Below are positions 10,301-25,300 of a DNA stretch of 64,000 nucleotides, piece by piece. Source of the DNA: Gordius albopunctatus. Its lineage: Eukaryota. The stretch is from positions 6,820,001 to 6,884,000 of the forward strand of contig OZ193910.1 in NCBI GenBank assembly GCA_964276515.1, read 5' to 3'. Made by a program: the position numbers and the translations under genes. Each line of letters opens with the position of its first letter. Positions within the stretch are counted from its first letter, which is position 1. Below the pieces are notes generated by a model. It worked only from the letters and a program-made list of their open reading frames with translations, ran no database searches and was not told where the DNA came from.

Positions 10301-13300
10301 TCTCTAGTTTTAGTGAAACAAGCTCTATGCGATCGTGATTCAGAGTTAATAATTTTTGACGACTGATCAAAAAAATGTTTTTAAAGGAATTCACCTCTTA
10401 TACCGAAAACTTTCATGAGAGCTATATGGTTGAACAAAAAAATAGAAAAAATTTTGAGGTCGAAAAAATTATTATTTTTCATATTCTTTCGAAAGGGAGA
10501 TGAAAAAATCTTTAAAAGTTAGTAAATATTCTTAGCATTTTGTCCTTGTTAGAATCTTGATAGGAATTTATGCGTGGGGGGATGTTTGAGATTTAGAGAA
10601 ATTAAAATTTAGGTGTTGCCTTTATATTGTTTCAATATCGCTTTATAAGCGTGTCTCTAGTTTTAGTGAAACAAGCTCTATGCGATCGTGATTCAGAGTT
10701 AATAATTTTTGATGACTGATCAAAAAAATGTTTTTCAAGGAATTCACCTCTTATACCGAAAACTTTCATGAGAGCTATATGGTTGAACAAAAAAATTTAA
10801 AAAATTTTGAGGTCGAAAAAAATATTATTTTTCATATTCTTTTGAAAGGGAGATGAAAAAATCTTTAAAAGTTAGTAAATATTCTTAGCATTTTGTCCTT
10901 GTTAGAATCTTGATAGGAATTTATGCGTGGGGGGATGTTTGAGATTTAGAGAAATTAAAATTTAGGTGTTGCCTTTATATTGTTTCAATATCGCTTTATA
11001 AGCGTGTCTCTAGTTTTAGTGAAACAAGCTCTATGCGATCGTGATTCAGAGTTAATAATTTTTGATGACTGATCAAAAAATGTTTTTCAAGGAATTCATC
11101 TCTTATACGGAAAACTTTCATGAGAGCTATATGGTTGAACAAAAAAATTAAAAAAATTTTGAGGTCGAAAAAAATATTATTTTTCATATTCTTTCGAAAG
11201 GATGATGAAAAAATCTTTAAAAGTTAGTAAATATTCTTAGCATTTTGTCCTTGTTAGAATCTTGATAGGAATTTATGCGTGGGGGGATGTTTGAGATTTA
11301 GAGAAATTAAAATTTAGGTGTTGCCTTTATATTGTTTCAATATCGCTTTATAAGCGTGTCTCTAGTTTTAGTGAAACAAGCTCTATGCGATCGTGATTTA
11401 GAGTTAATAATTTTTGTTGACTGATAAAAAAAATGTTTTTAAAGGAATTCACCTCTTATACGGAAAACTTTCATGAGAGCTATATGGTTGAACAAAAAAA
11501 TAGAAAAAATTTTGAGGTCGAAAAAATTATTATTTTTCATATTCTTTCGAAAGGGAGATGAAAAAATCTTTAAAAGTTAGTAAATATTCTTAGCATTTTG
11601 TCCTTGTTAGAATCTTGATAGGAATTTATGCGTGGGGGGATGTTTGAGATTTAGAGAAATTAAAATTTAGGTGTTGCCTTTATATTGTTTCAATATCGCT
11701 TTATAAGCGTGTCTCTAGTTTTAGTGAAACAAGCTCTATGCGATCGTGATTCAGAGTTAATAATTTTTGATGACTGATCAAAAAAATGTTTTTCAAGGAA
11801 TTCATCTCTTATACGGAAAACTTTCATGAGAGCTATATGGTTGAACAAAAAAATTAAAAAAATTTTGAGGTCGAAAAAATTATTATTTTTCATATTCTTT
11901 CGAAAGGGAGATGAAAAAATCTTTAAAAGTTAGTAAATATTCTTAGCATTTTGTCCTTGTTAGAATCTTGATAGGAATTTATGCGTGGGGGGATGTTTGA
12001 GATTTAGAGAAATTAAAATTTAGGTGTTGCCTTTATATTGTTTCAATATCGCTTTATAAGCGTGTCTCTAGTTTTAGTGAAACAAGCTCTATGCGATCGT
12101 GATTCAGAGTTAATAATTTTTGATGACTGATCAAAAAAATGTTTTTCAAGGAATTCACCTCTTATACCGAAAACTTTCATGAGAGCTATATGGTTGAACA
12201 AAAAAATTTAAAAAATTTTGAGGTCGAAAAAAATATTATTTTTCATATTCTTTCGAAAGGGATATGAAAAAATCTTTAAAAGTTAGTAAATATTCTTAGC
12301 ATTTTGTCCTTGTTAGAATCTTGATAGGAATTTATGCGTGGGGGGATGTTTTAGATTGAGAGAAATTAAAATTTAGGTGTTGCGTTTAGATTGATTCAAT
12401 ATCGCTTTATAAGCGTGTCTCTAGTTTTAGTGAAACAAGCTCTATGCGATCGTGATTTAGAGTTAATAATTTTTGACGACTGATCAAAAAAATGTTTTTA
12501 AAGGAATTCACCTCTTATACGGAAAACTTTCATGAGAGCTATATGGTTGAACAAAAAAATAGAAAAAATTTTGAGGTCGAAAAAATTATTATTTTTCATA
12601 TTCTTTCGAAAGGGAGATGAAAAAATCTTTAAAAGTTAGTAAATATTCTTAGCATTTTGTCCTTGTTAGAATCTTGATAGGAATTTATGCGTGGGGGGAT
12701 GTTTTAGATTGAGAGAAATTAAAATTTAGGTGTTGCGTTTATATTGTTTCAATATCGCTTTATAAGCGAGCTCTATGCGATCGTGATTTAGAGTTAATAA
12801 ATTTTGATGACTGATCAAAAAAATGTTTTTCAAGGAATTCACCTCTTATACCGAAAACTTTCATGAGAGCTATATGGTTGAACAAAAAATTGAAAAAATT
12901 TTGAGGTCGAAAAAAATATTATTTTTCATATTCTTTTGAAAGGGAGATGAAAAAATCTTTAAAAGTTAGTAAATATTCTTAGCATTTTGTCCTTGTTAGA
13001 ATCTTGATAGGAATTTATGCGTGGGGGGATGTTTTAGATTGAGAGAAATTAAAATTTTCGTGTTGCGTTTAGATTGATTCAATATCGCTTTATAAGCGTG
13101 TCTCTAGTTTTAGTGAAACAAGCTCTATGCGATCGTGATTCAGAGTTAATAATTTTTGATGACTGATCAAAAAAATGTTTTTCAAGGAATTCATCTCTTA
13201 TACGGAAAACTTTCATGAGAGCTATATGGTTGAACAAAAAAATTAAAAAAATTTTGAGGTCGAAAAAATTATTATTTTTCATATTCTTTCGAAAGGGAGA

Positions 13301-16300
13301 TGAAAAAATCTTTAAAAGTTAGTAAATATTCTTAGCATTTTGTCCTTGTTAGAATCTTGATAGGAATTTATGCGTGGGGGGATGTTTGAGATTTAGAGAA
13401 ATTAAAATTTAGGTGTTGCCTTTATATTGTTTCAATATCGCTTTATAAGCGTGTCTCTAGTTTTAGTGAAACAAGCTCTATGCGATCGTGATTCAGAGTT
13501 AATAATTTTTGATGACTGATCAAAAAAATGTTTTTCAAGGAATTCACCTCTTATACCGAAAACTTTCATGAGAGCTATATGGTTGAACAAAAAAATTTAA
13601 AAAATTTTGAGGTCGAAAAAAATATTATTTTTCATATTCTTTCGAAAGGGATATGAAAAAATCTTTAAAAGTTAGTAAATATTCTTAGCATTTTGTCCTT
13701 GTTAGAATCTTGATAGGAATTTATGCGTGGGGGGATGTTTTAGATTGAGAGAAATTAAAATTTAGGTGTTGCGTTTAGATTGATTCAATATCGCTTTATA
13801 AGCGTGTCTCTAGTTTTAGTGAAACAAGCTCTATGCGATCGTGATTTAGAGTTAATAATTTTTGACGACTGATCAAAAAAATGTTTTTAAAGGAATTCAC
13901 CTCTTATACGGAAAACTTTCATGAGAGCTATATGGTTGAACAAAAAAATAGAAAAAATTTTGAGGTCGAAAAAATTATTATTTTTCATATTCTTTCGAAA
14001 GGGAGATGAAAAAATCTTTAAAAGTTAGTAAATATTCTTAGCATTTTGTCCTTGTTAGAATCTTGATAGGAATTTATGCGTGGGGGGATGTTTTAGATTG
14101 AGAGAAATTAAAATTTAGGTGTTGCGTTTATATTGTTTCAATATCGCTTTATAAGCGAGCTCTATGCGATCGTGATTTAGAGTTAATAAATTTTGATGAC
14201 TGATCAAAAAAATGTTTTTCAAGGAATTCACCTCTTATACCGAAAACTTTCATGAGAGCTATATGGTTGAACAAAAAATTGAAAAAATTTTGAGGTCGAA
14301 AAAAATATTATTTTTCATATTCTTTTGAAAGGGAGATGAAAAAATCTTTAAAAGTTAGTAAATATTCTTAGCATTTTGTCCTTGTTAGAATCTTGATAGG
14401 AATTTATGCGTGGGGGGATGTTTTAGATTGAGAGAAATTAAAATTTTCGTGTTGCGTTTAGATTGATTCAATATCGCTTTATAAGCGTGTCTCTAGTTTT
14501 AGTGAAACAAGCTCTATGCGATCGTGATTTAGAGTTAATAATTTTTGTTGACTGATAAAAAAAATGTTTTTAAAGGAATTCACCTCTTATACGGAAAACT
14601 TTCATGAGAGCTATATGGTTGAACAAAAAAATAGAAAAAATTTTGAGGTCGAAAAAATTATTATTTTTCATATTCTTTCGAAAGGGAGATGAAAAAATCT
14701 TTAAAAGTTAGTAAATATTCTTAGCATTTTGTCCTTGTTAGAATCTTGATAGGAATTTATGCGTGGGGGGATGTTTGAGATTTAGAGAAATTAAAATTTA
14801 GGTGTTGCCTTTATATTGTTTCAATATCGCTTTATAAGCGTGTCTCTAGTTTTAGTGAAACAAGCTCTATGCGATCGTGATTCAGAGTTAATAATTTTTG
14901 ATGACTGATCAAAAAAATGTTTTTCAAGGAATTCACCTCTTATACCGAAAACTTTCATGAGAGCTATATGGTTGAACAAAAAAATTTAAAAAATTTTGAG
15001 GTCGAAAAAAATATTATTTTTCATATTCTTTCGAAAGGGATATGAAAAAATCTTTAAAAGTTAGTAAATATTCTTAGCATTTTGTCCTTGTTAGAATCTT
15101 GATAGGAATTTATGCGTGGGGGGATGTTTTAGATTGAGAGAAATTAAAATTTAGGTGTTGCGTTTAGATTGATTCAATATCGCTTTATAAGCGTGTCTCT
15201 AGTTTTAGTGAAACAAGCTCTATGCGATCGTGATTTAGAGTTAATAATTTTTGACGACTGATCAAAAAAATGTTTTTAAAGGAATTCACCTCTTATACGG
15301 AAAACTTTCATGAGAGCTATATGGTTGAACAAAAAAATAGAAAAAATTTTGAGGTCGAAAAAATTATTATTTTTCATATTCTTTCGAAAGGGAGATGAAA
15401 AAATCTTTAAAAGTTAGTAAATATTCTTAGCATTTTGTCCTTGTTAGAATCTTGATAGGAATTTATGCGTGGGGGGATGTTTTAGATTGAGAGAAATTAA
15501 AATTTAGGTGTTGCGTTTATATTGTTTCAATATCGCTTTATAAGCGAGCTCTATGCGATCGTGATTTAGAGTTAATAAATTTTGATGACTGATCAAAAAA
15601 ATGTTTTTCAAGGAATTCACCTCTTATACCGAAAACTTTCATGAGAGCTATATGGTTGAACAAAAAATTGAAAAAATTTTGAGGTCGAAAAAAATATTAT
15701 TTTTCATATTCTTTTGAAAGGGAGATGAAAAAATCTTTAAAAGTTAATAAATATTCTTAGCATTTTGTCCTTGTTAGAATCTTGATAGGAATTTATGCGT
15801 GGGGGGATGTTTTAGATTGAGAGAAATTAAAATTTTCGTGTTGCGTTTAGATTGATTCAATATCGCTTTATAAGCGTGTCTCTAGTTTTAGTGAAACAAG
15901 CTCTATGCGATCGTGATTTAGAGTTAATAATTTTTGTTGACTGATAAAAAAAATGTTTTTAAAGGAATTCACCTCTTATACGGAAAACTTTCATGAGAGC
16001 TATATGGTTGAACAAAAAAATAGAAAAAATTTTGAGGTCGAAAAAATTATTATTTTTCATATTCTTTCGAAAGGGAGATGAAAAAATCTTTAAAAGTTAG
16101 TAAATATTCTTAGCATTTTGTCCTTGTTAGAATCTTGATAGGAATTTATGCGTGGGGGGATGTTTGAGATTTAGAGAAATTAAAATTTAGGTGTTGCCTT
16201 TATATTGTTTCAATATCGCTTTATAAGCGTGTCTCTAGTTTTAGTGAAACAAGCTCTATGCGATCGTGATTCAGAGTTAATAATTTTTGATGACTGATCA

Positions 16301-19300
16301 AAAAAATGTTTTTCAAGGAATTCACCTCTTATACCGAAAACTTTCATGAGAGCTATATGGTTGAACAAAAAAATTTAAAAAATTTTGAGGTCGAAAAAAA
16401 TATTATTTTTCATATTCTTTTGAAAGGGAGATGAAAAAATCTTTAAAAGTTAGTAAATATTCTTAGCATTTTGTCCTTGTTAGAATCTTGATAGGAATTT
16501 ATGCGTGGGGGGATGTTTTAGATTGAGAGAAATTAAAATTTAGGTGTTGCGTTTATATTGTTTCAATATCGCTTTATAAGCGAGCTCTATGCGATCGTGA
16601 TTTAGAGTTAATAATTTTTGATGACTGATCAAAAAAATGTTTTTCAAGGAATTCATCTCTTATACGGAAAACTTTCATGAGAGCTATATGGTTGAACAAA
16701 AAAATTGAAAAAATTTTGAGGTCGAAAAAAATATTATTTTTCATATTCTTTCGAAAGGATGATGAAAAAATCTTTAAAAGTTAGTAAATATTCTTAGCAT
16801 TTTGTCCTTGTTAGAATCTTGATAGGAATTTTTGCGTGGGGGGATGTTTTAGATTGAGAGAAATTAAAATTTAGGTGTTGCGTTTATATTGTTTCAATAT
16901 CGCTTTATAAGCGTGTCTCTAGTTTTAGTGAAACAAGCTCTATGCGATCGTGATTTAGAGTTAATAATTTTTGATGACTGATCAAAAAAATTGTTTTCAA
17001 GGAATTCACCTCTTATACCGAAAACTTTCATGAGAGCTATATAGTTGAACAAAAAAATAGAAAAAATTTTGAGGTCGAAAAAATTATTATTTTTCATATT
17101 CTTTCGAAAGGGAGATGAAAAAATCTTTAAAAGTTAGTAAATATTCTTAGCATTTTGTCCTTGTTAGAATCTTGATAGGAATTTATGCGTGGGGGGATGT
17201 TTTAGATTGAGAGAAATTAAAATTTAGGTGTTGCGTTTAGATTGATTCAATATCGCTTTATAAGCGTGTCTCTAGTTTTAGTGAAACAAGCTCTATGCGA
17301 TCGTGATTTAGAGTTAATAATTTTTGACGACTGATCAAAAAAATGTTTTTAAAGGAATTCACCTCTTATACGGAAAACTTTCATGAGAGCTATATGGTTG
17401 AACAAAAAAATAGAAAAAATTTTGAGGTCGAAAAAATTATTATTTTTCATATTCTTTCGAAAGGGAGATGAAAAAATCTTTAAAAGTTAGTAAATATTCT
17501 TAGCATTTTGTCCTTGTTAGAATCTTGATAGGAATTTATGCGTGGGGGGATGTTTTAGATTGAGAGAAATTAAAATTTAGGTGTTGCGTTTATATTGTTT
17601 CAATATCGCTTTATAAGCGAGCTCTATGCGATCGTGATTTAGAGTTAATAATTTTTGATGACTGATCAAAAAATGTTTTTCAAGGAATTCATCTCTTATA
17701 CGGAAAACTTTCATGAGATCTATATGGTTGAACAAAAAAATTGAAAAAATTTTGAGGTCGAAAAAAATATTATTTTTCATATTCTTTCGAAAGGATGATG
17801 AAAAAATCTTTAAAAGTTAGTAAATATTCTTAGCATTTTGTCCTTGTTAGAATCTTGATAGGAATTTTTGCGTGGGGGGATGTTTTAGATTGAGAGAAAT
17901 TAAAATTTAGGTGTTGCGTTTATATTGTTTCAATATCGCTTTATAAGCGTGTCTCTAGTTTTAGTGAAACAAGCTCTATGCGATCGTGATTTAAAGTTAA
18001 TAATTTTTGACGACTGATCAAAAAAATGTTTTTAAAGGAATTCACCTCTTATACGGAAAACTTTCATGAGAGCTATATGGTTGAACAAAAAAATAGAAAA
18101 AATTTTGAGGTCGAAAAAATTATTATTTTTCATATTCTTTCGAAAGGGAGATGAAAAAATCTTTAAAAGTTAGTAAATATTCTTAGCATTTTGTCCTTGT
18201 TAGAATCTTGATAGGAATTTATGCGTGGGGGGATGTTTGAGATTTAGAGAAATTAAAATTTAGGTGTTGCCTTTATATTGTTTCAATATCGCTTTATAAG
18301 CGTGTCTCTAGTTTTAGTGAAACAAGCTCTATGCGATCGTGATTCAGAGTTAATAATTTTTGATGACTGATCAAAAAAATGTTTTTCAAGGAATTCACCT
18401 CTTATACCGAAAACTTTCATGAGAGCTATATGGTTGAACAAAAAAATTTAAAAAATTTTGAGTTCGAAAAAAATATTATTTTTCATATTCTTTCGAAAGG
18501 GATATGAAAAAATCTTTAAAAGTTAGTAAATATTCTTAGCATTTTGTCCTTGTTAGAATCTTGATAGGAATTTATGCGTGGGGGGATGTTTTAGATTGAG
18601 AGAAATTAAAATTTAGGTGTTGCGTTTAGATTGATTCAATATCGCTTTATAAGCGTGTCTCTAGTTTTAGTGAAACAAGCTCTATGCGATCGTGATTTAG
18701 AGTTAATAATTTTTGACGACTGATCAAAAAAATGTTTTTAAAGGAATTCACCTCTTATACGGAAAACTTTCATGAGAGCTATATGGTTGAACAAAAAAAT
18801 AGAAAAAATTTTGAGGTCGAAAAAATTATTATTTTTCATATTCTTTCGAAAGGGAGATGAAAAAATCTTTAAAAGTTAGTAAATATTCTTAGCATTTTGT
18901 CCTTGTTAGAATCTTGATAGGAATTTATGCGTGGGGGGATGTTTTAGATTGAGAGAAATTAAAATTTAGGTGTTGCGTTTATATTGTTTCAATATCGCTT
19001 TATAAGCGAGCTCTATGCGATCGTGATTTAGAGTTAATAATTTTTGATGACTGATCAAAAAAATGTTTTTCAAGGAATTCACCTCTTATACCGAAAACTT
19101 TCATGAGAGCTATATGGTTGAACAAAAAATTGAAAAAATTTTGAGGTCGAAAAAAATATTATTTTTCATATTCTTTCGAAAGGATGATGAAAAAATCTTT
19201 AAAAGTTAGTAAATATTCTTAGCATTTTGTCCTTGTTAGAATCTTGATAGGAATTTATGCGTGGGGGGATGTTTTAGATTGAGAGAAATTAAAATTTAGG

Positions 19301-22300
19301 TGTTGCGTTTATATTATTTCAATATCGCTTTATAAGCGAGCTCTATGCGATCGTGATTTAGAGTTAATAATTTTTGATGACTGATCAAAAAAATGTTTTT
19401 CAAGGAATTCACCTCTTATACCGAAAACTTTCATGAGAGCTATATGGTTGAACAAAAAAATTGAAAAAATTTTGAGGTCGAAAAAATTATTATTTTTCAT
19501 ATTCTTTCGAAAGGGAGATGAAAAAATCTTTAAAAGTTAGTAAATATTCTTAGCATTTTGTCCTTGTTAGAATCTTGATAGGAATTTATGCGTGGGGGGA
19601 TGTTTGAGATTTAGAGAAATTAAAATTTAGGTGTTGCCTTTATATTGTTTCAATATCGCTTTATAAGCGTGTCTCTAGTTTTAGTGAAACAAGCTCTATG
19701 CGATCGTGATTCAGAGTTAATAATTTTTGATGACTGATCAAAAAAATGTTTTTCAAGGAATTCACCTCTTATACCGAAAACTTTCATGAGAGCTATATGG
19801 TTGAACAAAAAAATTTAAAAAATTTTGAGGTCGAAAAAAATATTATTTTTCATATTCTTTCGAAAGGGATATGAAAAAATCTTTAAAAGTTAGTAAATAT
19901 TCTTAGCATTTTGTCCTTGTTAGAATCTTGATAGGAATTTATGCGTGGGGGGATGTTTTAGATTGAGAGAAATTAAAATTTTCGTGTTGCGTTTAGATTG
20001 ATTCAATATCGCTTTATAAGCGTGTCTCTAGTTTTAGTGAAACAAGCTCTATGCGATCGTGATTCAGAGTTAATAATTTTTGATGACTGATCAAAAAAAT
20101 GTTTTTCAAGGAATTCACCTCTTATACCGAAAACTTTCATGAGAGCTATATGGTTGAACAAAAAAATTTAAAAAATTTTGAGGTCGAAAAAAATATTATT
20201 TTTCATATTCTTTTGAAAGGGAGATGAAAAAATCTTTAAAAGTTAGTAAATATTCTTAGCATTTTGTCGTTGTTAGAATCTTGATAGGAATTTATGCGTG
20301 GGGGGATGTTTTAGATTGAGAGAAATTAAAATTTTCGTGTTGCGTTTAGATTGATTCAATATCGCTTTATAAGCGTGTCTCTAGTTTTAGTGAAACAAGC
20401 TCTATGCGATCGTGATTTAGAGTTAATAATTTTTGTTGACTGATCAAAAAAATGTTTTTAAAGGAATTCACCTCTTATACGGAAAACTTTCATGAGAGCT
20501 ATATGGTTGAACAAAAAAATAGAAAAAATTTTGAGGTCGAAAAAATTATTATTTTTCATATTCTTTCGAAAGGGAGATGAAAAAATCTTTAAAAGTTAGT
20601 AAATATTCTTAGCATTTTGTCCTTGTTAGAATCTTGATAGGAATTTATGCGTGGGGGGATGTTTGAGATTTAGAGAAATTAAAATTTAGGTGTTGCCTTT
20701 ATATTGTTTCAATATCGCTTTATAAGCGTGTCTCTAGTTTTAGTTAAACAAGCTCTATGCGATCGTGATTTAGAGTTAATAATTTTTGATGACTGATCAA
20801 AAAAATGTTTTTCAAGGAATTCACCTCTTATACCGAAAACTTTCATGAGAGCTATATGGTTGAACAAAAAAATTGAAAAAATTTTGAGGTCGAAAAAAAT
20901 ATTATTTTTCATATTGTTTCGAAAGGGAGATGAAAAAATCTTTAAAAGTTAGTAAATATTCTTAGCATTTTGTCCTTGTTAGAATCTTGATAGGAATTTT
21001 TGCGTGGGGGGATGTTTGAGATTGAGAGAAATTAAAATTTTCGTGTTGCGTTTAGATTGATTCAATATCGCTTTATAAGCGTGTCTCTAGTTTTAGTGAA
21101 ACAAGCTCTATGCGATCGCGATTTAGAGTTAATAATTTTTGATGACTGATCAAAAAAATGTTTTTCAAGGAATTCACCTCTTATACCGAAAACTTTCATG
21201 AGAGCTATATGGTTGAACAAAAAAATAGAAAAAATTTTGAGGTCGAAAAAATTATTATTTTTCATATTCTTTTGAAAGGGAGATGAAAAAATCTTTAAAA
21301 GTTAGTAAATATTCTTAGCATTTTGTCCTTGTTAGAATCTTGATAGGAATTTATGCGTGGGGGGATGTTTTAGATTGAGAGAAATTAAAATTTAGGTGTT
21401 GCGTTTATATTGTTTCAATATCGCTTTATAAGCGAGCTCTATGCGATCGTGATTTAGAGTTAATAATTTTTGATGACTGATCAAAAAAATGTTTTTCAAG
21501 GAATTCACCTCTTATACCGAAAACTTTCATGAGAGCTATATGGTTGAACAAAAAAATTTAAAAAATTTTGAGGTCGAAAAAAATATTATTTTTCATATTC
21601 TTTCGAAAGGGAGATGAAAAAATCTTTAAAAGTTAGTAAATATTCTTAGCATTTTGTCCTTGTTAGAATCTTGATAGGAATTTTTGCGTGGGGGCATGTT
21701 TGAGATTGAGAGAAATTAAAATTTTCGTGTTGCGTTTAGATTGATTCAATATCGCTTTATAAGCGTGTCTCTAGTTTTAGTGAAACAAGCTCTATGCGAT
21801 CGTGATTTAGAGTTAATAATTTTTGTTGACTGATCAAAAAAATGTTTTTAAAGGAATTCACCTCTTATACGGAAAACTTTCATGAGAGCTATATGGTTGA
21901 ACAAAAAAATAGAAAAAATTTTGAGGTCGAAAAAATTATTATTTTTCATATTCTTTCGAAAGGGAGATGAAAAAATCTTTAAAAGTTAGTAAATATTCTT
22001 AGCATTTTGTCCTTGTTAGAATCTTGATAGGAATTTATGCGTGGGGGGATGTTTGAGATTTAGAGAAATTAAAATTTAGGTGTTGCCTTTATATTGTTTC
22101 AATATCGCTTTATAAGCGTGTCTCTAGTTTTAGTGAAACAAGCTCTATGCGATCGTGATTCAGAGTTAATAATTTTTGATGACTGATCAAAAAAATGTTT
22201 TTCAAGGAATTCACCTCTTATACCGAAAACTTTCATGAGAGCTATATGGTTGAACAAAAAAATTTAAAAAATTTTGAGGTCGAAAAAAATATTATTTTTC

Positions 22301-25300
22301 ATATTCTTTTGAAAGGGAGATGAAAAAATCTTTAAAAGTTAGTAAATATTCTTAGCATTTTGTCCTTGTTAGAATCTTGATAGGAATTTATGCGTGGGGG
22401 GATGTTTTAGATTGAGAGAAATTAAAATTTAGGTGTTGCGTTTATATTGTTTCAATATCGCTTTATAAGCGAGCTCTATGCGATCGTGATTTAGAGTTAA
22501 TAATTTTTGATGACTGATCAAAAAAATGTTTTTCAAGGAATTCATCTCTTATACGGAAAACTTTCATGAGAGCTATATGGTTGAACAAAAAAATTGAAAA
22601 AATTTTGAGGTCGAAAAAAATATTATTTTTCATATTCTTTCGAAAGGATGATGAAAAAATCTTTAAAAGTTAGTAAATATTCTTAGCATTTTGTCCTTGT
22701 TAGAATCTTGATAGGAATTTTTGCGTGGGGGGATGTTTTAGATTGAGAGAAATTAAAATTTAGGTGTTGCGTTTATATTGTTTCAATATCGCTTTATAAG
22801 CGTGTCTCTAGTTTTAGTGAAACAAGCTCTATGCGATCGTGATTCAGAGTTAATAATTTTTGATGACTGATCAAAAAAATGTTTTTCAAGGAATTCACCT
22901 CTTATACCGAAAACTTTCATGAGAGCTATATGGTTGAACAAAAAAATTTAAAAAATTTTGAGGTCGAAAAAAATATTATTTTTCATATTCTTTCGAAAGG
23001 GATATCAAAAAATCTTTAAAAGTTAGTAAATATTCATAGCATTTTGTCCTTGTTAGAATCTTGATAGGAATTTTTGCGTGGGGGGATGTTTTAGATTGAG
23101 AGAAATTAAAATTTAGGTGTTGCGTTTATATTGTTTCAATATCGCTTTATAAGCGTGTCTCTAGTTTTAGTTAAACAAGCTCTATGCGATCGTGATTTAG
23201 AGTTAATAATTTTTGATGACTGATCAAAAAAATGTTTTTCAAGGAATTCACCTCTTATACCGAAAACTTTCATGAGAGCTATATGGTTGAACAAAAAAAT
23301 TGAAAAAATTTTGAGGTCGAAAAAAATATTATTTTTCATATTGTTTCGAAAGGGAGATGAAAAAATCTTTAAAAGTTAGTAAATATTCTTAGCATTTTGT
23401 CCTTGTTAGAATCTTGATAGGAATTTTTGCGTGGGGGGATGTTTGAGATTGAGAGAAATTAAAATTTTCGTGTTGCGTTTAGATTGATTCAATATCGCTT
23501 TATAAGCGTGTCTCTAGTTTTAGTGAAACAAGCTCTATGCGATCGCGATTTAGAGTTAATAATTTTTGATGACTGATCAAAAAAATGTTTTTCAAGGAAT
23601 TCACCTCTTATACCGAAAACTTTCATGAGAGCTATATGGTTGAACAAAAAAATAGAAAAAATTTTGAGGTCGAAAAAATTATTATTTTTCATATTCTTTT
23701 GAAAGGGAGATGAAAAAATCTTTAAAAGTTAGTAAATATTCTTAGCATTTTGTCCTTGTTAGAATCTTGATAGGAATTTATGCGTGGGGGGATGTTTTAG
23801 ATTGAGAGAAATTAAAATTTAGGTGTTGCGTTTATATTGTTTCAATATCGCTTTATAAGCGAGCTCTATGCGATCGTGATTTAGAGTTAATAATTTTTGA
23901 TGACTGATCAAAAAAATGTTTTTCAAGGAATTCACCTCTTATACCGAAAACTTTCATGAGAGCTATATGGTTGAACAAAAAAAATTAAAACAATTTTGAG
24001 GTCGAAAAAAATATTATTTTTCATATTCTTTCGAAAGGGAGATGAAAAAATCTTTAAAAGTTAGTAAATATTCTTAGCATTTTGTCCTTGTTAGAATCTT
24101 GATAGGAATTTTTGCGTGGGGGCATGTTTGAGATTGAGAGAAATTAAAATTTTCGTGTTGCGTTTAGATTGATTCAATATCGCTTTATAAGCGTGTCTCT
24201 AGTTTTAGTGAAACAGGCTCTATGCGATCGTGATTTAGAGTTAATAATTTTTGATGACTGATCAAAAAAATGTTTTTCAAGGAATTCATCTCTTATACGG
24301 AAAACTTTCATGAGAGCTATATGGTTGAACAAAAAAATTGAAAAAATTTTGAGGTCGAAAAAAATATTATTTTTCATATTCTTTCGAAAGGATGATGAAA
24401 AAATCTTTAAAAGTTAGTAAATATTCTTAGCATTTTGTCCTTGTTAGAATCTTGATAGGAATTTATGCGTGGGGGGATGTTTGAGATTTAGAGAAATTAA
24501 AATTTAGGTGTTGCGTTTATATTGTTTCAATATCGCTTTATAAGCGTGTCTCTAGTTTTAGTGAAACAAACTCTATGCGATCGTGATTCAGAGTTAATAA
24601 TTTTTGATGACTGATCAAAAAAATGTTTTTCAAGGAATTCACCTCTTATACCGAAAACTTTCATGAGAGCTATATGGTTGAACAAAAAAATTTAAAAAAT
24701 TTTGAGGTCGAAAAAAATATTATTTTTCATATTCTTTCGAAAGGGAGATGAAAAAATCTTTAAAAGTTAGTAAATATTCTTAGCATTTTGTCCTTGTTAG
24801 AATCTTGATAGGAATTTATGCGTGGGGGGATGTTTGAGATTTAGAGAAATTAAAATTTAGGTGTTGCGTTTATATTGTTTCAATATCGCTTTATAAGCGT
24901 GTCTCTAGTTTTAGTGAAACAAGCTCTATGCGATCGTGATTTAGAGTTAATAATTTTTGACGACTGATCAAAAAAATGTTTTTAAAGGAATTCACCTCTT
25001 ATACGGAAAACTTTCATGAGAGCTATATGGTTGAACAAAAAAATTGAAAAAATTTTGAGGTCGAAAAAAATATTATTTTTCATATTCTTTCGAAAGGATG
25101 ATGAAAAAATCTTTAAAAGTTAGTAAATATTCTTAGCATTTTGTCCTTGTTAGAATCTTGATAGGAATTTATGCGTGGGGGGATGTTTGAGATTTAGAGA
25201 AATTAAAATTTAGGTGTTGCGTTTATATTGATTCAATATCGCTTTATAAGCGTGTCTCTAGTTTTAGTGAAACAAGCTCTATGCGATCGTGATTTAGAGT

